Below are positions 23,963-37,571 of a DNA stretch of 64,000 bases, one piece after another. The notes beneath the pieces are model-generated. The model was not told where the DNA came from and did not search any database. It saw nothing but the letters and a program-made list of their open reading frames with translations. Source of the stretch: Geosiphon pyriformis uo1 (taxonomy: Eukaryota; Fungi; Glomeromycota); NCBI GenBank assembly GCA_016748015.1, contig JAAOMT010000591.1:729050-793049 (forward strand), read 5' to 3'. Position numbers and translations under genes: made by a program. Within the stretch, counting starts at the first letter, position 1. Every line of letters begins with the position of its first letter.

Positions 23963-26251
23963 GTCTATTAGGTGTTAAAAGGTGGAAGGAATATTAGTAA
24001 AACCAAAAAACATAACTATGAATTTATAGATATCATACTTGGTAATGAAAACAGTTTTCTTTTTGCTTTCTGGATCTATTTCTACTTGCCAGAATTCAGC
24101 AGTTAAGTTAATAGTTAAGAAGAAAGCAACACCATTAAATTTGTTTAGCATTGTATTAATTTTGGGAAGTAGGTACATGTTTCTTATAGTAATGGCATTT
24201 AATTGGTGATAGTCAACACAGAAACATAGGGTTCCACTTTTTTTGAATACTATTACAACTAAAAAAGCCTATTTACTCTTGGTTTTTTGTATAATTCTAA
24301 GATTTTTCATTAGGGTTATCTTTTTCTTGATGAACTTATCATTGCACTAATTGAATTAATAAAGCTTTAAATAGATAAGACAAGTTTTTCTGGTGGTAAT
24401 AGTGTGTTGTATCACATGAGTTTGTTCAGAAATATTACCTTCTTTTAAGATAACTGGGCTATTCCTAGCCAACAGATTTTCAATGTCTACTTTTCTTTCT
24501 TCAAGAAAGAATTCTGTTTGTTTTACTTTAAGTTAGTTTATTTTTAAAGAACTTTTGTATTTTTTTTATTTTTTCTCTGGGTATCAAACTAACTGGCTTC
24601 TAATCTTTGTAATAAATTAAGCAGGACTTGCGTTTATTACTAGAAAAATACAAAAATTTATTACACCAGCATTTGGCACAAAGACTATGTTATCAATAAC
24701 TGTATTTGGCTTTCTTGCCAGATTTTCTATCAAAAATTTTTCTAAGGATATTATAGTAAGGCCAGCAAATTAGCTTGCTATTTACAATAATTTCTTTTTT
24801 GTTGGCTTTGACATTATCTAAGGGCTTGCTATTGCTAGTGAAGATAATATAGGCAAGTTTAGCAGTTTTTTTTTGTTCTTTTTGATCTTCTTCTTTATTG
24901 CTCTCATTATTATTTGATTTATTTGATTGTTCTTTTTCTTGGTTTTGCTTGGGTATTGGAAGAGTTATTTAATAACAACACCTAATCACAATGGGCTTCT
25001 TATCATCTGATGGTTAGCTCACAAAGTTTATAGTTAAGTAGTGCTTTGGCTTTTTTGAGCCACTTATTGCCAACAATTATGGTGTACTCTTTTGCTTTAA
25101 ATACTTTTATGTCAGTTTTAATGCTGATATTATTAATGCAAACAGGAACAGCTTTGGCTATATCCAGGTCTTTTTTTTTGTCACTATGTACATTGGTTAT
25201 AGGCTGGGTGAAAAGTTTATCAATCTTTCTTCTAATAACTTTCAGAAAGTGTTTGGCAATTACACTAACAAATAATTCACTGTTTAGAATCAAGTCAATA
25301 AAATAACCAGCCACTTGGGCTTTGCAAATAAGAAGAGTAACATTGCTGTTATTAGCAAGTTCAGCTTAATAAGAATGCTTGTTGGTCTTTGGTGTTTTCT
25401 TCTTTGGAATCAATAATTTACAAAAATTTTTTCTAAACTGTAAATGAGTTATTAGTTGGCCAAATGTAATGTGTGCTGAGGTTTTCATAAAATTTTTAAC
25501 AATAGAATAGGAACCAGATTTTTGTACTATTTTTGGGGATTTTAACTTTGGAGAATTTTTAAAAACTTTAGCCTATAATGGCTCATTGTTATTAGCAGTT
25601 GATATGAATGTTTTGTTTGGGTTTAGAACAAAATCAATCTTGGCTTTCTTCTTTTTTCTTGTTAATTTAAAGGTATTAATTGCTAGTTTATTCATGTTAT
25701 GATTATTATTAGTTAGATTAAAAGTGAAAAAAGAGTTTTCTTTTGATTGGTTTGTACTCTTATCTTTTAGAAATATGCTTACCAGTTTAAAAGCTAATAA
25801 ATAGTGGTTTTAATTAGAAGATCCTCTTCAAAGAAATTGATGTTGGCATGATTGGTTTTTTGATTAGAGATATTGTTGTTGTTGGTTTTGTTATTCTAAT
25901 TATCATTATTTCTAAGAGCTGGAGAAAACAAAAGAGAATTGTTATAATCTCTGAAAAAATGTCCAGTTAATTCACATTGATAACACACAGGTGGGCCACA
26001 ATTTTGTTGTCTTTGATAAGAGAGTTGTTGGGACTAATTAAAATAGAGTTCAAATCTGGGTTTTTGTGGTTGCTGATTATTTCTGACTGCTTGGATTAAG
26101 AGTTCTAATAACTGGACAAGATTGGCTGTGAAGCTATCTATTAATTGTTTATTTGAGTCTTAAGTTTGGACAGCAAAAGAGATAGCAGAAGCAAAAACTG
26201 GAAGTGTGGATTTTAAATACATTCTTTGATTGTTTTCTATTTTCTAAGCAA

Positions 26252-27072
26252 TGTTACCAGGTGAAAGCTATGGATTTGTAACTTTGTAGCAATAACAATA
26301 GCTTTTACTTAGAACATACACATTACCATGATTATACTACTAACTATAGCATATCATGGGTGTATGGACTATTTTAGTGAATAGGAGAGCAGGAAAGGGT
26401 ACGTAATAAGGTCATTAAAAGTGAAAGAAAGTATTGTCATTATTATTTGTTTTTGGGCAAGAACCAGTCTTAGGTATTTTAAAAGGAAAAAAAAAATCAC
26501 ATCTTTTTATATGTATCAGAAGTGCAACCAGCAACAAGAAGTGAAACCAACTACTCAATAAAATATGTAACCAGAATTCTTTCAATTAGCCGTTGAAAGA
26601 GTGTAGTGTTCAAATGCCCGCTTTGAAAACGAAGTTATAGGAATTATAAAAAGATTGTAAAAGTAAAACATAACTGAAATAGATTTAACTTTTTATTGTT
26701 GAGACCACTCTCTAACAATGTGACACTTTATTACTTATTTTTATATTTAACAACTTGTTCGGTAAAACAAGACTTAATATGAAATGGTGATAACACATGA
26801 TTTAAAAGATTGGAAGTAATAGAACAACTTGAAATGGTAATAACAAATAAGTAAAAGATTATAAACAACGTGATTCCAAATAGTAATAAGGAATATGGGA
26901 AGACATACTTGAGATTGTGATGACAAGTATTTAGAGCATAGAAAGGGGAGAGAGAATGTAAAGAGTAGAGGAAAGGACTAACTGCTCACTATAAAACTAT
27001 AGCGAAGAGTTGGCTCAGTATTGAACTAATACTTTTTTGAGCTGACAGAGGGGCTGTATATATAGCTAAATT
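26252..27072 (-). repeat. Right part of solo LTR C, now inverted
   Basis: Minus strand ends GGTAACA followed by TTGC and the gag continuation; TATA-like TATATATA near 27057. Confidence 0.7.
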
Positions 27073-29966
27073 AAAATATTTAAATCAGTAAAAAAAAACT
27101 TTGTTCTAGTCTACTTGAATAACATAATAATATACTTAAAAACTTGGAATAAACACCTAGAACATTTGTAAAAGGTTTTTGATTTTCTTAGAAATGCTGG
27201 TCTCAAAATCAACCCAATCAAATCTTTTTTTGGACAACAATTCATCCAGTTCCTTGGTTATCTTATTACAAAAGATAGAATCTTCCCTAATCCAGCTAAA
27301 GTTAAAAAAGTTTAGAACATTAGACAACCAATAAATGGTTCTAAATTATGCTCTTTTCTTAGTTTGGCTTCTTACTATCACAAATTTATCAAAAATTTCT
27401 CCAAAATCGTTTTTTTTTTTCAATTAACTATTCAGAAAAAATGTCAATTATTATTGGGGCACTTATTAACAAAAAGCTTTTGAAACTCTGAAGGAAAAAC
27501 TTATTACTAAACCAATTTTTAAACAACCTAATCTGGACCAACTTTTTATCCTGTATACTGATACATCTGGCTATAAACTTGGTGCTGTTTTTTCACAAAA
27601 AGATAAAAATAGCAGAAAACATATTATAGCATATTCCAGTAGAACTCTTATACCAACAGGAAAAAACTATTCAATTACTGAACAAGAATGCTTAGCAGTA
27701 GTTTAGGCTACTAATTCTTGGGATCAATATCTTTTTAGTGTTAAATTTCTAGTAGTAACAGATCATCAAGCCTTGGTTTTGCTACACAACAAAAAGATGC
27801 TGGAATATAAACAGATAACTTCTTAGATACGCTATTTGGATAAATTCAACTATAATATTTAATACCATAAAAGAGCAAATTATTAAAATACCAATGCTCT
27901 CTTTAGACTTATTATTAAGTAATAGTACAATTTTTTAACCAAACCAACTTAATTATTAGTAACTCTCTTATAAACAAACACAATAATGAACTTGGACAAC
28001 TACTTTGTCTTAATAAAATTTTTGGGTAAAAAACAATACCTACTGGACTGTACTTAATAGCAAAGAGAATATTTACACAAACAATCAAATTTCTATTTAA
28101 TTTGCCAGAACCAATTATATAAAAAAAACAAGAAAAATTCTGACTGTTTCCAAAAAGTTATCAGATTTGAAGAAAGAGAAATTGTGATCTACAATATGTA
28201 CACTAATCTATTAACTAGACATTTTGGAAAAACAAAAATAATACAGAAAACCTTAGCTTGCTATTATTGGCTTATCTTGGAAAAAGACATTGCTAAGTAT
28301 ATTAAAACCTGTAATATTTGTCAAAAAAAAAGAAAATTTAATTACAAAGAAGATATCCATTCAATCTCTGTTGGTTAATCATTTAACAAAATTGGCATAA
28401 ATGTTATTGAACCTTTAACAATAACTTCTAATAACAACAGATATATTATTACAATTACTGACTATCTTATAAAGTAGGTAGAAACAAAAGCCACTTCAGA
28501 TTAAACAGCAGTCTCAATAGCCAATTTCATTTATGAAGATATCATCTGCCATTATGGCTGCTCCAAAGAATTTTTATCTGATAAAAAAAGAGCTTTTCTT
28601 AGTACACTGGTTGAAGAACTTTGTAGAAAAATGAGAATATGTTATAAACTTTCTTTTTCTTATTACTTTTAAACATATGACTTAATAGAATATTTTAATA
28701 GAACACTATATGAAACCTTAGCCAAAACCAGTAAAAAAACAAACTTATAAGACAAAATACTGTTTTTAGTCTTGTTTGCTTATAAAACTGTGAATTATGG
28801 CATAACAAGTTATAAACTTTTTTATCTGCTTAATAAATATATGGCAACACTACCAATAAAAACTAATATTAAAACAATACTCTTTGAAGAAATCACCATA
28901 GAAAATTATAAAAATATTTTGCAAAAAAAACTTGGTATTATTCTTAATCTCTTGGTAAAGGCACAAATAATTGTTTTTAAAAAGATAAAACAGTTCTAAG
29001 AAAAGCTTAAGAAAAAAAAAATCTATAAAACACTTTCTTTAAGTATTGGTGACTTGGTATTGGAATACTGTTCAGACAGAAACAATGTTTATAGTAATAA
29101 ATTTTCTAGCCAATAGAAAGAACTCTTTTTAATCAACAAAGTTTTGAACAATAATTCTTATATTCTTCAAGATCAATCTGAAACAATTTTCAATAATTAT
29201 CCTGTTCATGGTATATGACTCAAAAAATATTATAAACAATCTGATTAGTTGCCTGTTGTAATAATACTGACTCAAATAATCAGCAAAAATCAAGTATAAA
29301 TAAATGCACTATTCCCAAAACAGAGGTATCTTTAATCAATATAAATAATTATTTCCTAGATCAAAATATTCAAAATGTTTTCTATACTCTTTATAAGTAT
29401 TGGATTAAAAACTATACAAATGCTACTTTGATCATTGGAAAACAGACCACTATAACTGATAACAGTGAAACACATACTGTTATTAGACCCAAAAAAATCA
29501 CTACCAGAAAAGAAAAAATTGATAGCAAAATGAATAAATATCTGCTGAAAAGTATAACAACAACTATATTCTTACTTTCTAGTACAATTGGAAAAACAAT
29601 CCAAGAAATCTTATCCATAGACAAAAACTTGTCATATAAAAAACAATTAGAGCTCTATAGTTGTCTTAATGAAATCATAGAGAATATAAAACTTCTGGAG
29701 AAAACAACTTCAGAGATACAGATAGAAATTTTGGACATTATATAGTTAGATGTCTTAAAAGTTTTAATTATTGCTAAAAGAGCCAAAACTCTAATATAAA
29801 GATTTGGTTTTTTGAATACAAAACTTATTTTACCTTAAATATTATATACCTTATCCACTAAAGACTTCAATAAACTAGTTAGCTTTAAGTCAGACAAAAC
29901 TCTTCAAATAGATTATTTTATGAATAACTTGATTTCACCAGAGCTCAATCTTTTTGGAGAAGATGA

Positions 29967-30692
29967 TGTTATGGTTGAAACTTATACTTTTTATTAATTA
30001 TCACATGTATTAGTCACTAATGTCATATAATTAGCCACTTTATTTTTAGATAGTGATTATTGATCTGATCAATAATTTGACCATTGACTTGATTATTGAC
30101 CTGATTATTAAACTGATTATTGATCTGACTATTGATTTGATTGTTAACTACTTTCAATAACTATATAAGCAATGAGTCTCTTAGCTATAGAAAAATATGA
30201 TCAAAGTAATAAGATAAAATACATTATTAATTACTTCTTCTTATATTGCTTATTTATTTTTCTTTATCTTTAAATATCTGAACATTTTGGAATAAAAGAT
30301 TACTTGTTGGCATTTACATATCTTATTTTTTTCTCTTTTTGATTTGTATTTGTTATAATTAATCTAAGAAGTAATTGCTTGCTCTTATAATTTATTAAAT
30401 AAAGAAATAATTAAAAAACACAACAATATCTGTTATTGATTCTAAGAATTGTCAAGTTAAGACATAGAATAATAGCAGTAGTGTTATTTTGTTAACAATC
30501 ACAGACTATTCCTCTACTTTCAGATTTCCAGAAAAGATTTACAACTGTGATTTTTATGAGACTGATCACACATATTAAATTTATACATATTCAATTCACT
30601 CCCTTATTGTAATTCTCTTTTTGATTATTTTCATCACCCTACAATCTTGTTCTTCTTTGCTATCTGTTAGCTTGTTATTCCAACTTGTAATA
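29967..30692 (+). repeat. Family A 3' LTR
   Basis: TGTTATGGTTGAAAC start after the PPT; homologous to 19686-20363. Confidence 0.85.
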
Positions 30693-31089
30693 TTATAATT
30701 ATGTTTTATATTAAATAATTTTATTGTGCTATTTTTTAATTTTTAAAAAAAAGTGGCTTTGTTAAGCACTATTGAAATCAGTTTATTCAATTGAAAAAAA
30801 GCAACTTAATAATTTTAAACTGCTTGACTTACAAAAAATGCAAATATAATTAGATTAAAACTGTTAAAAACATAAATAAATAGTCAATATGGTTGAAAAA
30901 CAAGGTTTTGTTAATTATAAAAAATAATAATAAGTGTAATTAATAAATTTTTAAATGCAAGACTGCCAATAAAATATTTTCAAGTCATATCATTAATGGT
31001 TTACATAAAATAATAAAAATTTATTTACTGAAATGTAATTATTAATTGGCGATCAAGTTTCCTTTATATTAGCTAAAGTGTCCTGTTGC

Positions 31090-33388
31090 CTAGTATTTAT
31101 ATTCAAACTTCATCTTGATCAAATACTTTTGCACGATTTGCGAGGTATCATAAACTATATATTCGTTGTATTGCAAAGAATTTGTTTTTTTCAACGTTTT
31201 TCCTCTACCACATGGTACCAAGGTTCCGTTTTCCAAGGTAACAGTACCCTTGGGGTCCGGTTCAATAATTCCAACACCTTTTGTAGAATGTTTTCCGGCT
31301 TGCTTCACACGTTGACTAGCGTTATAATCACTATCGGTCAGTTCTAACATATCGCCACAAGCCACCTCACACAATAACATCAGGCCAATGTTATTGGTTG
31401 AATCCGTAAAACAATAGTTGGCGGATTTTGAAACACAGTCGGCGAAATAAACTCCCTTATCGAACATGTATCCCGTGCTAGGCACACCAGGTGGGGCTAT
31501 TCTTAAACCCTGACTTAAGATCTTTTGAGTGATCGAAAGTTGAGAGAAAATGGTTGTTAAAAAACTACGTGTAAAGTGTTCGAAATCACAGAACAGGTAT
31601 AATTTTTACCCCAGGATAATTGGTTTTACGGCTACCGTGCCAAAGTAACATTCGATTATGAAATCGAGAAAACGGTTCATATCTTTGTCTTTCCCCTCGT
31701 CGTTCAAGTTGAAACACCTCCATCACTTCTAAGGTGTAATAATTGTGGGTCACACCTTGGGTATTCGCTACATATTTTGTAATAAGTTTGAACTCTTGAG
31801 AATCGTGGTCCAAGGGTTCCAAACTATCCAACATCAGGGAATCGTAATGTGCATCGATGAGGTTCTTTGGAGAACTATTTGCCTGTTTAAGAAGAGACGC
31901 CGCAATTTCAATCTCGCCTAAAGTTTCAACCATCTCAAGTTTACCCTTTAAGATTTCATTATTGTTGATTAACGGGGGTTTCTTAAAACCAAAACTATGA
32001 GGAATCACCGTGTAGAACTCATTTGTGAGTCCAGTCAGATCACCCATTTCAGTGCAATTCAAAACATTTGCAATTTTTTGCAAAACTTGGTATCCCTTGT
32101 TAACGGTGCTCTTCGAGAGTTTTCCAAGTGGAAGTTTTGCAGCGTCATAATTTAATGCTACCATTGTATCTTCCCAAGAGCCAACGTCAAAAATCATTGA
32201 AATAATATCTTGGACTTTTGGATGAAGGTTGGATATAGGTTTCAATTCTTCCTCTTCCAATTCTTTACCCTTAACCTCTTTTGGAGGAACAGATAATTCG
32301 GATTTGTGCTCAGCAAGACTATCATCACCATAGTCACGCTCTATTAACGTGTATTTACCGGAGTAAGCAACAAAATTTGAAGTCTCACTGCAGACCAACT
32401 CCCAACTATTTTTTGTTTTTGACCGGAATTTCGAACCAAATTCTGATTTTGCCCTATCCAGTGAATTTAATGGTCCTACAGTGGTTTGTTGACCATCATA
32501 ACCTACACGACCCCACCTTGTGAACACATAATAAGCGCTACCACTATCGGATTGTAAAAGTTGAATAACATAAAACTTATTACTATTTGATCTGAGGTCA
32601 GTTTGGTTCAAAACACAATCCCAAACGACCTGATCTTCACTATATACGTGAGTTGTGTCTTTGAGGCGAGATAAAGGATCCACAGGCGCTTTTCCCTTTT
32701 TTATTATAGTCACCATTTTTTTCTCTTCTTTCTTCAAAACATCTTCAGTTACAGTGCTTGTAGTGTCGATAGAGGTTTTTTTTAAAATTGTAGCTTTTCT
32801 TTTCTTAGTGAGTTTGGTAGTTGCTGTTATATTGTCATCTTGATCATTTGTAGCCATAACCTTTTTTGATAGGGTAGTTGTGGTTGTGGTCATAGTTTTA
32901 GTGGCACTAGAAGCAGTCGCAATGGTAGTAGTCCTCGTAGTACGTCTTCGTTTGCGCGGAGGCGTTTCTTCGTCTTCAGCAGCCACTTCTTTTACAGAAT
33001 CTACAATCTCTTGGGCAGACACTTTTTGATTAAGATCATTTTCATTTTCACACTCTTCCCCTTGGACTTCTGCTGTCGGCTCTCGTGTAATAGCGTTAGG
33101 AGCATAATTTGCTTCCACTAATCTCGTATTCTTGGCGATAGAGTCTTTAACCCAAGCCCAAGTCACGATGAAGACGGCTTCACCTTTTTTTTGGGCCGCT
33201 TGAGCTTTAGCACTTGGTCGTTGAAAGTCGGCGATGGTAACCACAAGGTGAGTGGTTGTTTTTCCAACTGACCCAGTATGGGTACCTCCATATTCTTCGA
33301 CGATAGCGCTAAGTTTTGAATGAGAACCTTCTTCGAAAGTACCTGAGAAAGTTATAAAGCAATCTCTGAAAATGTCTTTGGAAGACAT
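31090..33388 (-). CDS. PARP: Poly(ADP-ribose) polymerase (BRCT-WGR-regulatory-catalytic), two exons: 33388-31610 and 31521-31090
   Basis: BRCT (TTHLV...W), WGR (NKFYVIQL, RWGRVG), LPLGKLSK, intact H-Y-E triad (WHGS, GVYFAD, YNEYIVY). GT-AG intron 31522-31609 joins NYPG|ILSQGLRIAP. Confidence 0.95.
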
Positions 33389-33709
33389 TATCTTTTGGAA
33401 GTCTCTAACCTCCAATCAAATTGTTAATAACGCGTTATTTATATCAGTTTTGTTAAAAATTTGTTTTGGACCATTGAATTGTTTATATTGATAAGCAAAT
33501 AGAGCGTCAGCCGATCAGGGAAAGTTGATTTGTTCGTTATGTGGGGCATGCTGCGGCAGGATTGTTTGTAGGAGAATTGCTTTCTCTGACAACCTGATTT
33601 GATGTATGCAATTGTTCTACAACGTGATATGCCCCATGATGCAAGGGAACGCAACAAGATATAAACGCGCACACTACACGTTCTCCTTCATACTCATAAA
33701 CCTGACAAC

Positions 33710-36630
33710 ATGGACCTAGTCGATTTTGTTCTTCAATTCAATCCACAGCATCCTGGAGCCACCGCCGACGCAATTCACAAAGAGTACCTCAAGACACAAC
33801 AAGGTAAGCAAGCAATCAATACACGTTTATTGGGAGAATAGTTAGAATGTTATCAATGCTATTGCAAGAGAGGCAGTTGAGTGTCATTAGTTGGGCAGAG
33901 CTGAAAAATAGCAGAGCTAGGTTATACATAAACTCGTTTTAAAGATTCACTCTGGGAGACAAGAGACATTATGGGTTAGCAATGGGGGTTCGTAGAGTAG
34001 CCATAGGGTCAACAGAGGGAGAATAGTTGGAATGCATTACAACACGCGCGTTGGGAGGACGATAGTTCGAATGCTGTTATAACCTGAAATGCTTATTGCG
34101 AAGTTAACTAATTCTTATTGCGTTACTGACCTTTTGGTTTCTGTCTTGTTAGCAACGAGCAGTTCACACATTACGGTGACAGACAGCACGGGTTTGTTCT
34201 TGGTCTACATATACTGCTGCTAAACAACACAGAGACTAACAGTCGCTTTTTTTTCTTCTCTTCTTCAAGTTCTCGATAAAGCTTTCAATGTTCCGTTTCA
34301 ACAAGATGTGGATTACTTGGCCAAGCTGGACCACCAAATTCATGTGGTTGCCAATGGTGGTACTGAATTCTACAACTATTTGGCTATTGTAGAGTCCTCA
34401 GGATATGGAAAAACCAGAGCTGCCCTTGAGCTAGCTAAAACGCGTCCCCTTATATATATATGTTTCCGCGACGATAGGTCAACTGGATACCCACCTGCAA
34501 CTCCGCAGAGTAAGGAGTTATTGAAAGATCTCTGGTGTTCTGATCTCCTAAGTGCTGAAAGGATTGCCTTGCCATGGATTCAGTCTATGATCAGGACATA
34601 TTGTCAGGGAAATACTGGCAATAATTATCGAGAAAAGTTGCTGAACGTGGCTAAGTATATTTAGTTTGTTGCTAACTTGTCATTTCAAGATTACTGACTT
34701 CTTTCTTAGTAAACACAGCATGAGTTTTGGAATTCCGTCAGTCAAAATCGTGATAATAGCAATGATTTAGAGAGTGTAAATAAGAAGATAATCCTTTACT
34801 TTGATGAGGCTTCTGCTCTTCTCGGTGAAGGTCTGTTCTCATTTGCAATATTCTTCAATTTTAATCATTGACTTATTGGATGATTTTACAGGTACTGGTT
34901 CTCAAGCGAAGGACCAGCCTTTCAGAGCCATTCGTCGGGCACTATGGGCATACAATCATGCGGCTGTAGGTATCTTCACTGATACTAATTCATCAGTTGC
35001 GAACTTGGTACCTTCGAAAGAACACGATCCTTCAGTACGTAATATCTTCATGCGTTTTGTATTTTCTCTTAAATATTCATCAGACACTGGTTTTCAGGCA
35101 AGAGATACGAAACGGAATCTTTATAAACCATTCATCTATATAGCAACGATGGATTGTTTACGGTATGCTAATTGGATATATATTATGACTCATTACCGCC
35201 ATATGATCATGACTTATCGAGTATTTTTGAATGTAGTAACTCTATCCCTCATCTGGAAACAATCAATCCAGCTTATGATATTGTTCGGTTCGGTAGGCCG
35301 CTCTGGGGCTCTCAATGGTCAGGTCAAACTGCTAAAACCGACGAAGGCAGATTTGACGAAATATTATGTCTTGCAAAATCCAAGCTTACTGGGGGAGCAC
35401 TTGAGTGGAGTGAAATCCAGAGAGATGCTATCAGACGAAGAGTTGCCCTTGCTTTGCTTGCTTGCATAGCTGCACTTTATGTTTCTCCAACATCAAGTGT
35501 TGCACCTGAACTTGTAAAATCGCATATGGCTACGCTGGTAGCTGTTGACGATGAACACGAGCGGGCACCTTATTACTTACCCATCAGAGCCTTTACTGGC
35601 TGAAGCCTCAATGGAACTGTTATCAGAAAAAGGTGCGGAAATTGTGGTGCTAAAGGAATTAGAAGCAGCGTACAAATCCGGGGGCATTCTTGATGCAGGC
35701 GATCAAGGGAGTTGGCAGTGAAATTATTGCTTTTAGGAGCTTGGCGCCGCCTCGTTTGCTCCGAAAGACGCACCGACAAAGGGGTTTTATTCTCTTATCG
35801 CAGACCAGTCATGGAATTTCTTTATGAACTTCTTAATCCAGACGGACTTTCTAGAGTTAAGCTTCCCAATATCGATGACTTCATTATAGGCTTTACCCAC
35901 TTCATTTCGATTAATCATAAACCCAACAAAGAAACTATTGAAGCAATTTGGGAACGACGTGGGGCAATTCACTTCAAGCGTAATCAACAAGGTGCCGACC
36001 TTGGGCTAATTATCAAACATCACACTACATCACAGTTTGGGGCCATTATATTTCACGTGTGTAATATAGATAGATTCTTCATTATAGGTTTTCGTTTCTC
36101 CTGACAAGAAAACTTGTAGGTCAAGAACTGGGCAAATCCACCAAGCCGAACACAAGAACAAGCTACTGGACCCTCACTTCGGGCAAAGGTCATATTTGAT
36201 GAGGATTGTGCGGCTTCTATAGAAGCCAACTATCTTGGTGTCTATTTACATGTGGGTAAGTAACTATGCACCTTAATTTCTTTTAATTATTCTGGTGGTT
36301 TACTTCAATGAAGCGTATTGTTATTCGTAAATCATTATGGAATTTTCTTTTGTAGGAAACGCATATACAGAAACTGCTGTTAATATCGAAGCAAAATATT
36401 ATGACAACACTGCACAAAGAAAGATATTGCAACGTTCTGTAACGAGGTATAATTCCAATGGGCTCATTGTCCATGGTCTGGGTTCTTTCAATCTCTCAGA
36501 CGAGTATCGGACTGTCTTTAAGAATCTCATTTGCGCATGGAATGACCCACTTACAGTATGTGCTCAGGATGAAACCGAATTGTTGTGTCAAATGCTTCCC
36601 TGTGTCTATGGGCCACCTAAAAAGAGGTAA
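33710..36630 (+). CDS. Multi-exon Crinkler/RHS-type P-loop NTPase + putative PD-(D/E)XK nuclease protein; apparent +1 frameshift at ~35563
   Basis: Exons 33710-33803, 34153-34191 and 34270- splice in frame. Walker A AIVESSGYGKT, Walker B LYFDEA, GRPLW, YPSEPLLAEA, NQQGADL...F.VKN. Confidence 0.7.
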
Positions 36631-37551
36631 CAATTTTCTGTATGTTTGGTACCATTAACTACATTTTTAACTGATGTCATGCATATATTGATGTAATCAG
36701 ATCAAAGACAAAGTAACCGGGTGACTGCTAAATAGCAAAGAAAATAGAGCAAAGACATAAATACAATCTATCTGAGAAAATCGAAAGTTAAATAAAAAAA
36801 TATAATTATAATGGTTTGACTGAATACAAAAAACCAATACGTTTTCTGGAGATAGGTTGCAATTGTTGTTCAAAAATGATTCTGAGAAAAAGATTTGCTG
36901 AATTACATAAAGTGTTTCAAGCTTTCCAGACATTTTCTTAGCAATAAATGGTGAAAAATAATTGCCAGCTAATGTTTTTATTATTGAGATCAAAATATGT
37001 TTTTTAACAGAAACATATTTTAATATGTTAAGAAATTGGCTGCACTTATTTGAAAAATGTCAAAAATTACTTGGCAATAAATAGTGTAATATTTTGTAAT
37101 AATACAGATAGTCAAAATAAAAATAATTTTATTATTTGATTTAATATTAAATTAAATTTTATAATATCTAAACAAAATTAAAGTATAATAGTGGTTTTAA
37201 ATTAAAAAGCTTTATTAAAAACAATAATAAATTGTGTAAATTATATTGTTAAAATTATAAAAAATTAAATATAGCTGACTTAAATAAAACTCAATATTAT
37301 AAAAATAAAAAAATATTTAATATTTAAATTTTTATTCTGTGTTAAAAATTTTTAAAATAATTAATTTTAAAGTTGTTAAATTTTAGATAATTGTTAATAA
37401 TATTTGTAATAAATTTAATTTATTAAAAATTAAAAAGATAATCTATTAAAATTACCAAAAAAATTAAATTTTTATTTATTTTAATATTAATTTTTTTTTT
37501 AAATTATAAAATACAAAAATATTTTTATTATAATATTTATTTATTTAAAAA

Positions 37552-37571
37552 NNNNNNNNNNNNNNNNNNNN
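37552..37571. other. Assembly gap (20 N)
   Basis: N run. Confidence 1.

Larger units (their letters stand above)
23091..30692 (+). mobile_element. Ty3/gypsy family A copy with an inserted solo LTR and an internal inversion (23963-27072)
   Basis: gag 23091-23370(+); gag-PR-RT N-half 26251-23963(-); RT C-half, RH, IN, ORF3 and LTR 27073-30692(+). Confidence 0.88.
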
